Assembly: GCA_965223345.1 (NCBI GenBank)
Contig: CBDCWG010000012.1
Span: 1,312,001 to 1,376,000 of the forward strand
Length of the DNA: 64,000 nt
Direction: 5' to 3'
Source: Nitrospinales bacterium
GTDB lineage: Bacteria > Nitrospinota > Nitrospinia > Nitrospinales > VA-1
Each line of letters opens with the position of its first letter. The first letter of the stretch is position 1. A program made the translations under genes and the position numbers. This document shows, one piece after another, positions 51,561-60,585 of this stretch. Below the pieces are notes generated by a model. It did not search any database and was not told the DNA's origin. It was given only the letters and a program-made list of their open reading frames with translations.

Positions 51561-52427
51561 ATGAGAGTACTGGTCACCGGCGCTTCCGGCGGGCTGGGGG
51601 GGCGGCTGCTGCCGGCGTTGAGCGCTGTGGCGGAAGTGCGGGCCCTGGTGCACAAAAAGCCGGTGGCGCTTGCCGATGTCGAGTCGGTTGCAGGCGATCT
51701 GGCCGACCTGGAGTCGTTGCAGGCAGCGACGGCCGGGGTGGACCGGGTGCTGCACCTTGCCGCGCAGACCAACACGCACCGCGAACAGGAATATTTTGAC
51801 GTCAACGTCAAAGGCACCGAAAATCTGCTCACCGCCTGCACGCAAAACGGTATTTCGCGGTTCGTGTTCATGAGTTCCGGCGCCGCGCATGCGGACGGCG
51901 GCGCGTATTCTCAAAGCAAGCTGGAAGCGGAAGCGCGGGTGCGTGCGTGGCCGGGCGAGTGGGTCATCCTGCGCGCGCGCGAGGTGTACGGTCCGGACAT
52001 GACGGAGGGCCTGGCCAAGCTGACCGGCTGGATCGAAAAATTCGGTGCGGTTCCGGTGATCGGCGACGGCAAATACAGGCTGAGCCCGGTGCATGTGGAC
52101 GATGTGGTGGACGCGACGGTGCAGGCGGTGATGCGCGACGGAATCGCCAAAGAGACGATCACACTGGCGGGGCCGGAATCGCTGAATTTCAACACGCTGG
52201 TGGATCGGCTGGCAGCGCTCAAGGGCAAGCGGCCGAAAAAAATATACGTGCCCGCGGCGCTGATGCGCATCGCCGCGAGGCTGCTGTCCACGCTCGGGGT
52301 TTCGGTTCTGGTTCCCGATCAGGTGGCGCGGCTTCTGTGCGACAAGCCTTGCGACAATTCAGCGGCGCGGCGCCTTCTGGATTTCAATCCGCGCACTCTG
52401 GAGGAAGGTCTGCGCGCGCCGCTGTGA
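51561..52427 (+). CDS. NAD-dependent epimerase/dehydratase
   Basis: VTGASGGLG, HLAA, YSQSK, VYGP, VHVDD. Confidence 0.9.
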   Translation: MRVLVTGASGGLGGRLLPALSAVAEVRALVHKKPVALADVESVAGDLADLESLQAATAGVDRVLHLAAQTNTHREQEYFDVNVKGTENLLTACTQNGISRFVFMSSGAAHADGGAYSQSKLEAEARVRAWPGEWVILRAREVYGPDMTEGLAKLTGWIEKFGAVPVIGDGKYRLSPVHVDDVVDATVQAVMRDGIAKETITLAGPESLNFNTLVDRLAALKGKRPKKIYVPAALMRIAARLLSTLGVSVLVPDQVARLLCDKPCDNSAARRLLDFNPRTLEEGLRAPL

Positions 52428-52435
52428 GCGGTACG

Positions 52436-53239
52436 TTAATCCGAGAGTGCGGGACGGTCCGACGCCGAGGCGGAGATCGGTTTGTCGCCGGTGGCGATGT
52501 ACTGCCCGCCGAGCGGAACCCGCTCCAGTTTTGCTTCCAGCGGCAGGAGGGCTTTGAGGCGTTTCGGAAAAAAAGTCGTGAAGCGGACCCGGACGTTCTG
52601 GAATTTCTGTTGCCGCAGCGCGCGTTTCATTTTGGCGGGATGGATCAGCACGGCATCTTTGTCGAGCGGGCAGTCGGCCACGATTTTTCTCGTGAACGGA
52701 TTCAACGGATTGTGTTCCCAGATCACGACCTTGCCGCCGGGCGCGAGCAACCGGTGGAAGCGCTGCAGCTGTTCGGCGTGTTGCTCCTGCGGGATGTGGT
52801 GGAGCACGCCGGAGGCGAAGATCACATCATAAGGGTGCTGCTGCCATTCGGGATCGTGGGTTGCAAAAAACGCGTGGGGGTCCGCATAGCGGTTGCGGGC
52901 TTTTTCGATCATCTTTTCGGACAGATCGACCCCGCGGTAGTCGGCGATGGGGAAAAAACCGTGGAACGCATCGTACAAATTGCCCACCCCGCAACCGAAG
53001 TCGAGGAAACGGATTGGAAGCTGGCTCCAGTCGGGAAAAAGTTCCGCCAGTTTTCGCAATTTCGCCAGCACTATTTCCTGGATGTTGAAGCCGGTGACCT
53101 GCAACGATTCATTCACAAGCGCGTCATAGTTTTCGATGTGGGCGTCGAAGGGCTGCTGCTTCACCGCCTCGTGTGAACCGGTTTCGCGCTTGCGCCGTGT
53201 GCCCAGGGCGATCATCTGCATTTGTGTGGATTCAGTCAT
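52436..53239 (-). CDS. class I SAM methyltransferase
   Basis: LDFGCGVG, VLHHIP, LAPGG, EHNPLNPFTR, LGGQY; start codon uncertain. Confidence 0.88.
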   Translation of the reverse strand: MTESTQMQMIALGTRRKRETGSHEAVKQQPFDAHIENYDALVNESLQVTGFNIQEIVLAKLRKLAELFPDWSQLPIRFLDFGCGVGNLYDAFHGFFPIADYRGVDLSEKMIEKARNRYADPHAFFATHDPEWQQHPYDVIFASGVLHHIPQEQHAEQLQRFHRLLAPGGKVVIWEHNPLNPFTRKIVADCPLDKDAVLIHPAKMKRALRQQKFQNVRVRFTTFFPKRLKALLPLEAKLERVPLGGQYIATGDKPISASASDRPALSD

Positions 53240-53327
53240 GGCTGTGCCGGGATACGTGGGCTGGAGAAGGGGAAACGGGAATGCCGTTTCTGAATGCGTC
53301 GATCGAAATTCAACGGGGCAAATCGTA

Positions 53328-54463
53328 TCATAGAGTGCGATAAAGATCCAGATAGCGTTGCATGATTTCCTCCCAGCCGAATCGCTGCCGTACTGCCGAC
53401 TGAATTTTTTCTCCGAAAACCTGCCGTGTGTGGGTGTCGGACAAAGCCTGAATGCGCTCGGCGATGGGGCCGGGTTTCGCGTCGATCAAAAATCCGGTTT
53501 CCCCTTCCTCGACGATCTCCCGCGCCACGCCCACAGGCGTCGCGATCACCGGCAGTCCGTGCGCCGCGGCTTCCAGGATGGGCTGCGCGAAATTTTCATA
53601 CAGCGACGGGTATAAAAATACATCGGCGTTGGTGTAAACGGATTGCAGGCGCTCGGGCGGCACCGGGCCGGTGAAGGTCACGTGCGCATCGATGTCCAAA
53701 GATCGCGCCTGCGCCTTGAGCTCGTCGAGGTAGCCGGCCTTTTCCACGCTTGCGGTGCGTTCTTCGCCGCCCACCACAGTCAGGTGATAGGGGATCGGGA
53801 GCCGCTTGACGGCCTGAAGCAGCAATTCCACGCGGCGCACGCGCGCGATGCGGCCCACGAACAAGAGCCGCAGCACCCCGTCCGCAGAATTCTCTCCATG
53901 GTTTTTCGCAGCGGGGACGTCGATGCCCATGGGGATGACGCGCAGTTTGTGCGCCGGCAGCCCGAACTCCAGGGCGTCCCAGCGTTCCTGCTGCGAGGAC
54001 ACGACGACGCGGTCGGCGCGTTTGGCGGCGGATTTCAGCGTGACGAGATCGTACAGCCGGTAGGGAAGGCGCGCGAGCGGCGAGGACAGGTACTTGCAAA
54101 AACCGGAGAGGGAGCCGTGCGTGTTCAGAACGAAAGGCTTTTTCTTCAGCGAGGCAAAAAAAAACCGCAGTCGGTTTGAAAGTTGCGGTAGTTGTGGCTG
54201 TGGATCAGATCGTAGCCTTTGCAGTGCCGCCACATTCCCAGGCTGACGGCGTAGCGCATCATCCTGAACTGGATCGCCTTGCGGATCACCCGCACGCGCT
54301 GGATGGTTTCGCGCGCCGGCAGTCCCGGGTCCACGTCGCAGTAGGTGGTGAGAACCGGGGAGTGAACGCCCATCGCCTCCAGACGGTTGGAGATCTGGAA
54401 GGCCTGGTTCGCGGGCCCGCACACGTAGGGCAGGAAAGTTTCGATGGTTCTTAGGATCTTCAA
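53328..54463 (-). pseudogene. GT4 glycosyltransferase interrupted by a frameshift at a T9 run
   Basis: N-terminal part (LKILRTIE...HSHNYRNFQTDCGFF) and C-terminal part (FASLKKKPFVLNTHG...FVGR...ENFAQPILEA) are in different frames meeting at A9 54156-54164. Confidence 0.85.
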
Positions 54464-54497
54464 GGCTTTGCCTGGGCGTTGGGTTTTGCAACCGGGT

Positions 54498-54899
54498 TCA
54501 TTGCAGCTCCTTGATGGAAGCGGGCCGCGGTTCCACGACCTTTCTTTCCAGCATCGTTTCGAGGTGTTTCTTTTCATGATCGAGGATGCCCAGATGCTGG
54601 GTGAGCATGCGCACCTGGTTGGTCAGTGCGGAGATGCGGATGGAAAAATGCAGGCAGATGACCATCAAAAACAGCAGACCGGAAAAAAACAGGGTGGAGG
54701 TGAACAGCGTCGCGCCCGCAAGGTCGGAGATCCAGATCAGAAGGTCCTCGGAGATGGAGAGGATCAGCATCAGCGTTCCGGTCACCAGCCAGCCCAGCGA
54801 GTATTCTTCGTTGAGGTGCTTGCGCCGCACCAGCTCGAACACGTAGGCCACCAGAAAGATGCAGATGAGAATGGCTATGATGCGGATTCGCGGTGGCAT
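54498..54899 (-). CDS. DUF2304 family membrane protein
   Basis: VRRKHLNEEYSLGW, three TM segments then coiled coil; follows a GT2; AAGGAG RBS. Confidence 0.85.
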   Translation of the reverse strand: MPPRIRIIAILICIFLVAYVFELVRRKHLNEEYSLGWLVTGTLMLILSISEDLLIWISDLAGATLFTSTLFFSGLLFLMVICLHFSIRISALTNQVRMLTQHLGILDHEKKHLETMLERKVVEPRPASIKELQ

Positions 54900-55666
54900 G
54901 CGGACACTCCTTGAGGTTTCTGCCTGAGCAGGGTGACGAAGATGGAAAGAAACATTTTGAACACGTAATAAACGGTCTTGTGTCCCCGGTGCATGGATTT
55001 GTTTCCGGGGCTCGGCAGCATGGTGACGGGGATCTCCCGCAGTTTGAAGCCGCAGCGGTGCAGCATGATGATGAAATCGGCGTCCGGGTAATCGGGCGGG
55101 TAGTAATCGCTGGCGACGAAGCGGATGGCCTCGCCTCTCCAGACCTGGAATCCGGAAGTGGGATCGGAAATCCGCTGCCGGCACAGGATGGACGCGAGTT
55201 TGCCGAAGATGCACATGCCCAGGTGTTTGCTCCAGGATGTTTTGTAGGGATTGTTCCCCAGAAAACGCGAACCCACCACCACGTCGAGACCGCTGTCCTC
55301 GATTTCCTCAAGCAGATCGACGATGAACTTCGGATCGTGCTGCCCGTCGGCGTCCATCTGCACGACTGTCGTGAAGCCGTGTTTGACGGCGTAGATGAAT
55401 CCGGTTTGCAGCGCGACGCCGTAGCCGGAGTTGAAGGGCAGGGAGATGACGCGTGCGCCCAGCTTTTTCGCGATTTCGGCGGTGGCGTCGCTGGAGCCGT
55501 CGTTGATCACCAGAATCGGGATTCCGGGCACCGTGCGCCGCACACCCAGCAGAACGTCGCCGATGTTGCCTTCCTCGTTGAAGGCGGGGATCACGACCAA
55601 TGTGTCGGGAGCCGCCTCGCCCGGGTGCATGAAGGCGGGATGGGGCCGCGGTTTTTCCACAGCCAT
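54875..55666 (-). CDS. DPM-synthase-like GT2 glycosyltransferase
   Basis: VIPAFNEE, NDGSSD, MDADGQH, GSRF, DPTSGF; start may be 55630. Confidence 0.9.
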   Translation of the reverse strand: MAVEKPRPHPAFMHPGEAAPDTLVVIPAFNEEGNIGDVLLGVRRTVPGIPILVINDGSSDATAEIAKKLGARVISLPFNSGYGVALQTGFIYAVKHGFTTVVQMDADGQHDPKFIVDLLEEIEDSGLDVVVGSRFLGNNPYKTSWSKHLGMCIFGKLASILCRQRISDPTSGFQVWRGEAIRFVASDYYPPDYPDADFIIMLHRCGFKLREIPVTMLPSPGNKSMHRGHKTVYYVFKMFLSIFVTLLRQKPQGVSACHRESAS

Positions 55667-55962
55667 ATCCAGGGCCACGGGGGTGGCGAGCGGGAAGCGC
55701 TTGATCTTGTGTCCGCCTAATTTGTTCAACGCGATCGCGTGCCTTCTGCAAAAAGCCTCCCCATCCGGACTCGGACGCGAACGGGGTTTCGACCCTGAAT
55801 TCGGATTCGGATCGCATGGGGAGGACGGCAGGGGAATTTTATACAAGAACCCACATTAAAAGAAACGGTTCCTGTTTCCTGAAACTTGAATCAAAAACGC
55901 CTGGGTCCGCATCCGGATCGCATTTGCCGCTGGGGGCCGGAGCGTTCGCGGAAACGGCGGCG

Positions 55963-57000
55963 TCAGGCAAAGGCCCGGTTGATGGTGTGGATCATCTGAT
56001 TCAGGCGGCCGAAATTTTTCTGATTGAAATGCAGCACGAGGCGGGGCAGGTCGAGGTGCTCTTTGGTGATTTTTTCATCTTCCAGGGGCAGGGAGGGTTC
56101 GATGGCCCCATCGACGAGAAGGTCCTTGTATTCGGCGTTCAGCCGGCTCACAAGGGCTGTGGGGATTTCTCTGTTGAATCGCAGGACGGTGAGGCCGCGG
56201 ACGTAGCGCAGCGAGTGGTAGGCGCGGTAGTATTCCTGAATGATCCCGGTGGCTTCCTGCGCCGAGTGGGCGAGTTGAAACAGGTTGCGGTCCTCGGGGG
56301 AGATGTAGCCTTTCTTGACGAGCACCGAATCGACGAATTCGATCCAGCTCGGCCAGTAGGTGCCGTCGGCGGCCTCCAGAAGCACGATGGGGCGCGGCAG
56401 GGTCTTGCCGGTCTGGAACAGGGTCAGGTTTTCGAACCCCTCGTCCTGGGTGCCGAACCCGCCGGGCAGCAGCACGGTGGCGTCGGATTCCTTGATGAAA
56501 AAAAGTTTGCGCGTGAAAAAATATTTGTAGTTCACCAGCTTCGGGTCGCCGTCGATGTAGGAGTTGGCTGTCTGCTCGAAAGGCAGGTGGATGTTCAACC
56601 CGAAGCTGTTTCCTTCGCCGGCTCCCTTGTTCGCCGCTTCCATGACGCCGGGACCGCCGCCGGAGATGATCATGAAGCCGTTTTCGGCCAGTTGCCGGCA
56701 CAGTTCCACGGTCAAAAGATAGTCGGGGTCGTCCACGGCGGTGCGGGCGGAGCCGAACACGGTCACCTTGCGCACCTTGCGGTTGGCGTGAAACACGCGA
56801 AACGAGTGGCGCAATTCCTTGACGGTGGTGTTTGTCAGCTTAAAGTCACCCAAATCAACGTGTTCCATGGCCAGTTTGGTCACGGTGGTGAGGATCTGGC
56901 GAAACATTTCCCGGCACTCTTCCGAGGCGCTGGCGTCGGTGAGCCGGTCGATCAGGGCGTCGATGTCGGGATCTCCAATATTGTAACGGTTGTTAGCCAT
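55963..57000 (-). CDS. LOG family (Rossmann-fold nucleotide-binding) protein
   Basis: VFGSART, GGGPGVMEA, YFFTRK, PGGFGTQDE. Confidence 0.92.
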   Translation of the reverse strand: MANNRYNIGDPDIDALIDRLTDASASEECREMFRQILTTVTKLAMEHVDLGDFKLTNTTVKELRHSFRVFHANRKVRKVTVFGSARTAVDDPDYLLTVELCRQLAENGFMIISGGGPGVMEAANKGAGEGNSFGLNIHLPFEQTANSYIDGDPKLVNYKYFFTRKLFFIKESDATVLLPGGFGTQDEGFENLTLFQTGKTLPRPIVLLEAADGTYWPSWIEFVDSVLVKKGYISPEDRNLFQLAHSAQEATGIIQEYYRAYHSLRYVRGLTVLRFNREIPTALVSRLNAEYKDLLVDGAIEPSLPLEDEKITKEHLDLPRLVLHFNQKNFGRLNQMIHTINRAFA

Positions 57001-57122
57001 ATCCGGTTCTTGCCTGTTTTAGAAAGGTTTGATATACAATATGCGATTCAATGCTGGTACACTCCTGGGAGAAGACAGGTTTGCCGGTTTTCCCCGGAAA
57101 TACAAGAAGGGTCGGTTCGCAT

Positions 57123-57320
57123 ATGAACGATAAAGTGTTGATCATCGCCATCGCAGGACTTTTGATCGTCGGCATTCTGGGTGTGCTGGGCATCGTGATT
57201 CCCTGGGTGTGGGATCGCGGCATTCCTAACTGGAAGCAGTTGATCATCGACGACGGCCTGATCATTGCGGCGCTGGCGTTGTTCGTTTATGGGTTCTACA
57301 TGAACACGCGCATGCATTAA
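57123..57320 (+). CDS. small 2-TM membrane protein (65 aa)
   Basis: ATG 57123, two hydrophobic helices, typical codon usage. Confidence 0.65.
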   Translation: MNDKVLIIAIAGLLIVGILGVLGIVIPWVWDRGIPNWKQLIIDDGLIIAALALFVYGFYMNTRMH

Positions 57321-58114
57321 AGCGAAATCCTCTCCGGGTTTTTGATTTTGTACAAAACCATACCGAGGATCGCCAGCGTGATCCCCACTCCGCACAATCC
57401 CATCACGAATTCCCCTATATAGAACGTCACGGCGAGGTTGAAAATCAGCACGCCAAAGTAAAGGCCCGGCCCCCACAGCGCCTGATAGGGGTAATCCGCC
57501 ACAGGCTGTGGAGCGATGCGGCTCCACCAGCGGTTGAGCGCGCAGAACGCGGTGAGAATCGTCGTCCCCACCAGAAACCACCCCGCGAAATTGGTCAGCG
57601 GAATGTTGAAGTACTCGCCTTCCTCCTGATACGTGTAAATTTTTCCAAGAAACCAGCGGTCGCCGAGAAACGCCACGGGATCGATGATCACGTCCATCAT
57701 CATGAACAGAAACGCGCCGGTGAAGATCACGCGGAAGGAGAACAACGCCTGCTGTGTGTCAACCAGGCGCACGTCCCAGCCGTTTTTTCGGAGCGGCGAC
57801 CAGAGCAGCAGGCTCATCGTCAGGCTGATATAGGACAGAAACGAATAGGACAGCGAATCCATGAACGGGACGTTGCTGATCCACAGTTCCCGGTCGCGGG
57901 TGGTGTCGATGTAGCTGTAAAACCCGTAGGGGAATCCGTTGCGCGTCGAGGAATACTCCGACAGAAACGCGATGCAATAAGCGAGGACGGTGAACGCCAG
58001 CGAGCGGGGCAGTCCCATGTTTTTGATGGCGATGGTCAGATACACCGCCAGGAAGACGAACACGTAGGGGCGCAACAACAGCGTGCCCCATAGCAGAGAC
58101 AGAATTTCCATCAT
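57317..58114 (-). CDS. CruF-like (carotenoid 1,2-hydratase family) membrane protein
   Basis: SEYSSTRNGFPYGFYSY, VPF, DVIIDP, YFNIPLTNFAGW. Confidence 0.8.
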   Translation of the reverse strand: MMEILSLLWGTLLLRPYVFVFLAVYLTIAIKNMGLPRSLAFTVLAYCIAFLSEYSSTRNGFPYGFYSYIDTTRDRELWISNVPFMDSLSYSFLSYISLTMSLLLWSPLRKNGWDVRLVDTQQALFSFRVIFTGAFLFMMMDVIIDPVAFLGDRWFLGKIYTYQEEGEYFNIPLTNFAGWFLVGTTILTAFCALNRWWSRIAPQPVADYPYQALWGPGLYFGVLIFNLAVTFYIGEFVMGLCGVGITLAILGMVLYKIKNPERISL

Positions 58115-59112
58115 TATTTTGAAAGGTACTGGGATGCGTGGGCTTCAAACCACTCCACCGAGGCCCTGAGCGCATCCTCGATGGGGTTTTGCGGCAGACC
58201 GAGCGTTTGCACGGCTTTGGACGCATCGAAATACATGAAGTACTTTGCCATTTTGACGCCTCCCAGGGGAACCGCGGGAGGCTTGTTTGTGATGTGGTTC
58301 GACACGGCTTCCGAAACCCAGCCGGCGGTCCAGGCGACCCAGTAGGGCATCTTGACCGTGGGGGCTTTGAGGCCGGTGATGTTTTCCAGAATCAGAAGGA
58401 TTTCGTGCAGCGACAGATTGCGGTTGCCCAGGATGTAGCGTTCGCCGGGCACGCCTTTCTGTTCGGCGAGCAGGTGGCCGCGCGCGCAGTCCTGCACGTC
58501 GATCAGGTTGAGGCCGGTGTCCAGGTAGGCGGGCATTTTGCGCTGCATGAAATCCAGCACGATTTTTCCGGTTGGCGTGGGCTTGATGTCGCGCGGGCCG
58601 ATGGGGGTGCTGGGATTGACGATGACCACCGGCAGGCCGTTCTGATGAAACTCTTTCGCGACGGCCTCGGCCTGGTATTTGGATGTTTTGTAATCGTTGC
58701 ACAGGGTGGCGGGATCGAACGGCGTTGCTTCGTTCGCGGGTGTGCGGTCGGCATTGAGCCCGATGCAGCCCACGGTGCTGGTGTAGACCACCTTGCCGAG
58801 TTCCGCTTCGACAGCCGCTTGCAGGAGGTTGCGGGTGCCCTGCACGTTGATGTCGTAGATCGACGGCCGGTCCTTCACCCAGAGGCTGTAATAGGCCGCT
58901 GCGTGGTACAAAACGTCGCAGCCTTTAAGTGCACGGCGCAGCGAATCCGGATTGCGCAGATCGCCGGTGACGGGCTCTGCGTCCAATCCGCTGATGTTGC
59001 TGCGGTCGGCTCCCTCGCGCACCAGGACCTTCACCGCGCGTCCCGCATCCAGCAGTTCTCTCAAGATGGCGGAGCCCAAAAATCCGGTCGTCCCGGTGAC
59101 CAGGGTTTTCAT
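58114..59112 (-). CDS. hpnA: hopanoid-associated sugar epimerase
   Basis: TGTTGFLG, HAAAYYSLW, YKTSK, NPSTPIGPRDIKPTPTG, MPAYLDTGLN. Confidence 0.85.
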   Translation of the reverse strand: MKTLVTGTTGFLGSAILRELLDAGRAVKVLVREGADRSNISGLDAEPVTGDLRNPDSLRRALKGCDVLYHAAAYYSLWVKDRPSIYDINVQGTRNLLQAAVEAELGKVVYTSTVGCIGLNADRTPANEATPFDPATLCNDYKTSKYQAEAVAKEFHQNGLPVVIVNPSTPIGPRDIKPTPTGKIVLDFMQRKMPAYLDTGLNLIDVQDCARGHLLAEQKGVPGERYILGNRNLSLHEILLILENITGLKAPTVKMPYWVAWTAGWVSEAVSNHITNKPPAVPLGGVKMAKYFMYFDASKAVQTLGLPQNPIEDALRASVEWFEAHASQYLSK

Positions 59113-59266
59113 CGCAGAGAACGAGAGATGAAAGGAGCCGCGTCAACGGGAGCCATCGCGTGCATTCCTGTTTGTTGCGGCACGCAGGGCAGGGCACACG
59201 AAGCGGCCGGAGGGAATCCGCGCCGGTGTTTTGATTTTATCCTGTTGATCCGGTTCAATTTTGCTG

Positions 59267-60319
59267 TCAGATGAAAATCTGGATTTCCGCGGTTTTTTTG
59301 AGGTCCTTGAGGAGATCGTCCCGCAGTCGTTCCGCTTCCTTTTGGGAAAGGATGTTCAGGATGTCCGCTTTCACTTCATCGAAAGAGGCTTTCTGGCTGG
59401 GGATCGTCTCGGTCAGTTGAATGATGTGGTAGCCGAACTGGCTGGAGATGACCTCGGAGGTTTCGCCTTTCTTGAGCCGGGTCATGGCTTTGGCGATCGC
59501 CGGGATGGTGGTCTCCGGCAGCAACACGCCCAGGTCGCCGCCTTTGTCAACGGTGGCTTCGTCCTCGGAAAATTCCTTCACCAGCTTGACGAAATCGCCC
59601 CCGGCTTTCAATTTTTTGGCGGCCGCGTCGATTTTATCTTTGGCTTCTTTGTTGATCCCTTCCACCATGCGTTTGGCTTTCGCAGCGGCCTCTTTGTCAT
59701 CCACTTTGCCTTCGGACTCGGCCAGCCTGGCCACGAAGATGTGGCGGACTTTGTACATCTCCGGCTTGATGAACGATTCCGCGTTTTCGTCGTAAAACTT
59801 TTTCGCTTTCGCTTCCTTCACATCGACTTTGGGAAAGATTTCCTTGCGCAGGAATTTTTCCGACACCAGCTGTTTCTCGATTTTTTCACGCAGGGTGCCG
59901 CGGGTCAGTTTCTGCATCGCCAGGGCGCGTTCGAAAAAGGGAACGCTGGGAAACTGGTCCTCGATTTTTTTCAGCTCCTTGAGAACGATCTCCGTGGGCA
60001 CCTGCACGTCCACTTTGCGCGCCTTCTGATAGATCAACTCTTTCTCGATTTCCTTGTTGAGGATCTTGCGGGCGATGGGCAATTCCGAATCGGTGGATAC
60101 TTCCTCGCCCTGCCTGGCGGAGATCATCTTGTAGGCCATCATCTCCCGCTCCAGGATGTTGGCGCTCAGCTCGATGCCGTTCACCGACGCCACCACCTTG
60201 GGAACGGATTTTCCGTCCAGTGTGAACGGCTTGTCGGCGGCGACGGCCCAGGAAGCCAGAAGCGGGATCAGAACGAATGGAACCAGGATAGCGGGAAAAA
60301 GTTTACGGCCGGTGATCAT
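59267..60319 (-). CDS. SurA/PrsA-like periplasmic peptidyl-prolyl isomerase
   Basis: Signal peptide, VASVNG, VRHIF, FSED, GGDLG, SQFGYHIIQ. Confidence 0.9.
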   Translation of the reverse strand: MITGRKLFPAILVPFVLIPLLASWAVAADKPFTLDGKSVPKVVASVNGIELSANILEREMMAYKMISARQGEEVSTDSELPIARKILNKEIEKELIYQKARKVDVQVPTEIVLKELKKIEDQFPSVPFFERALAMQKLTRGTLREKIEKQLVSEKFLRKEIFPKVDVKEAKAKKFYDENAESFIKPEMYKVRHIFVARLAESEGKVDDKEAAAKAKRMVEGINKEAKDKIDAAAKKLKAGGDFVKLVKEFSEDEATVDKGGDLGVLLPETTIPAIAKAMTRLKKGETSEVISSQFGYHIIQLTETIPSQKASFDEVKADILNILSQKEAERLRDDLLKDLKKTAEIQIFI

Positions 60320-60401
60320 GAGACTCCCTTCTTGTGTGGATGCGTGCTGCGATCGCCCTTACGGGGCTTGACGAATCAAATGGGAACGGTTTTCTGATTC
60401 A

Positions 60402-60430
60402 ATTATAGGAGTATCCGAATCCTGCCACAA
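60402..60430 (-). promoter_or_regulatory. putative sigma-70 promoter of the PPIase gene
   Basis: TTGTGG-N17-TATAAT. Confidence 0.5.
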
Positions 60431-60532
60431 TGAAAATCAGAGAACATCAGGAGGCGAGAGGGGGGAGTGTGGATCGGGATAGGGAAGTGGGAATGGGTGA
60501 CGTCGCGCCGGTGAGCGATACGCATTGCGGGC

Positions 60533-60570
60533 AAAAAAAATCCCCCGGAAGCCGGGAGGCTTCCGGGGGA
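60533..60570 (-). terminator. intrinsic terminator of the porin gene
   Basis: Perfect 13-bp stem TCCCCCGGAAGCC/GGCTTCCGGGGGA, 4-nt loop, T8 tract on the minus strand. Confidence 0.92.
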
Positions 60571-60585
60571 GAGAATCGGAAAGAT

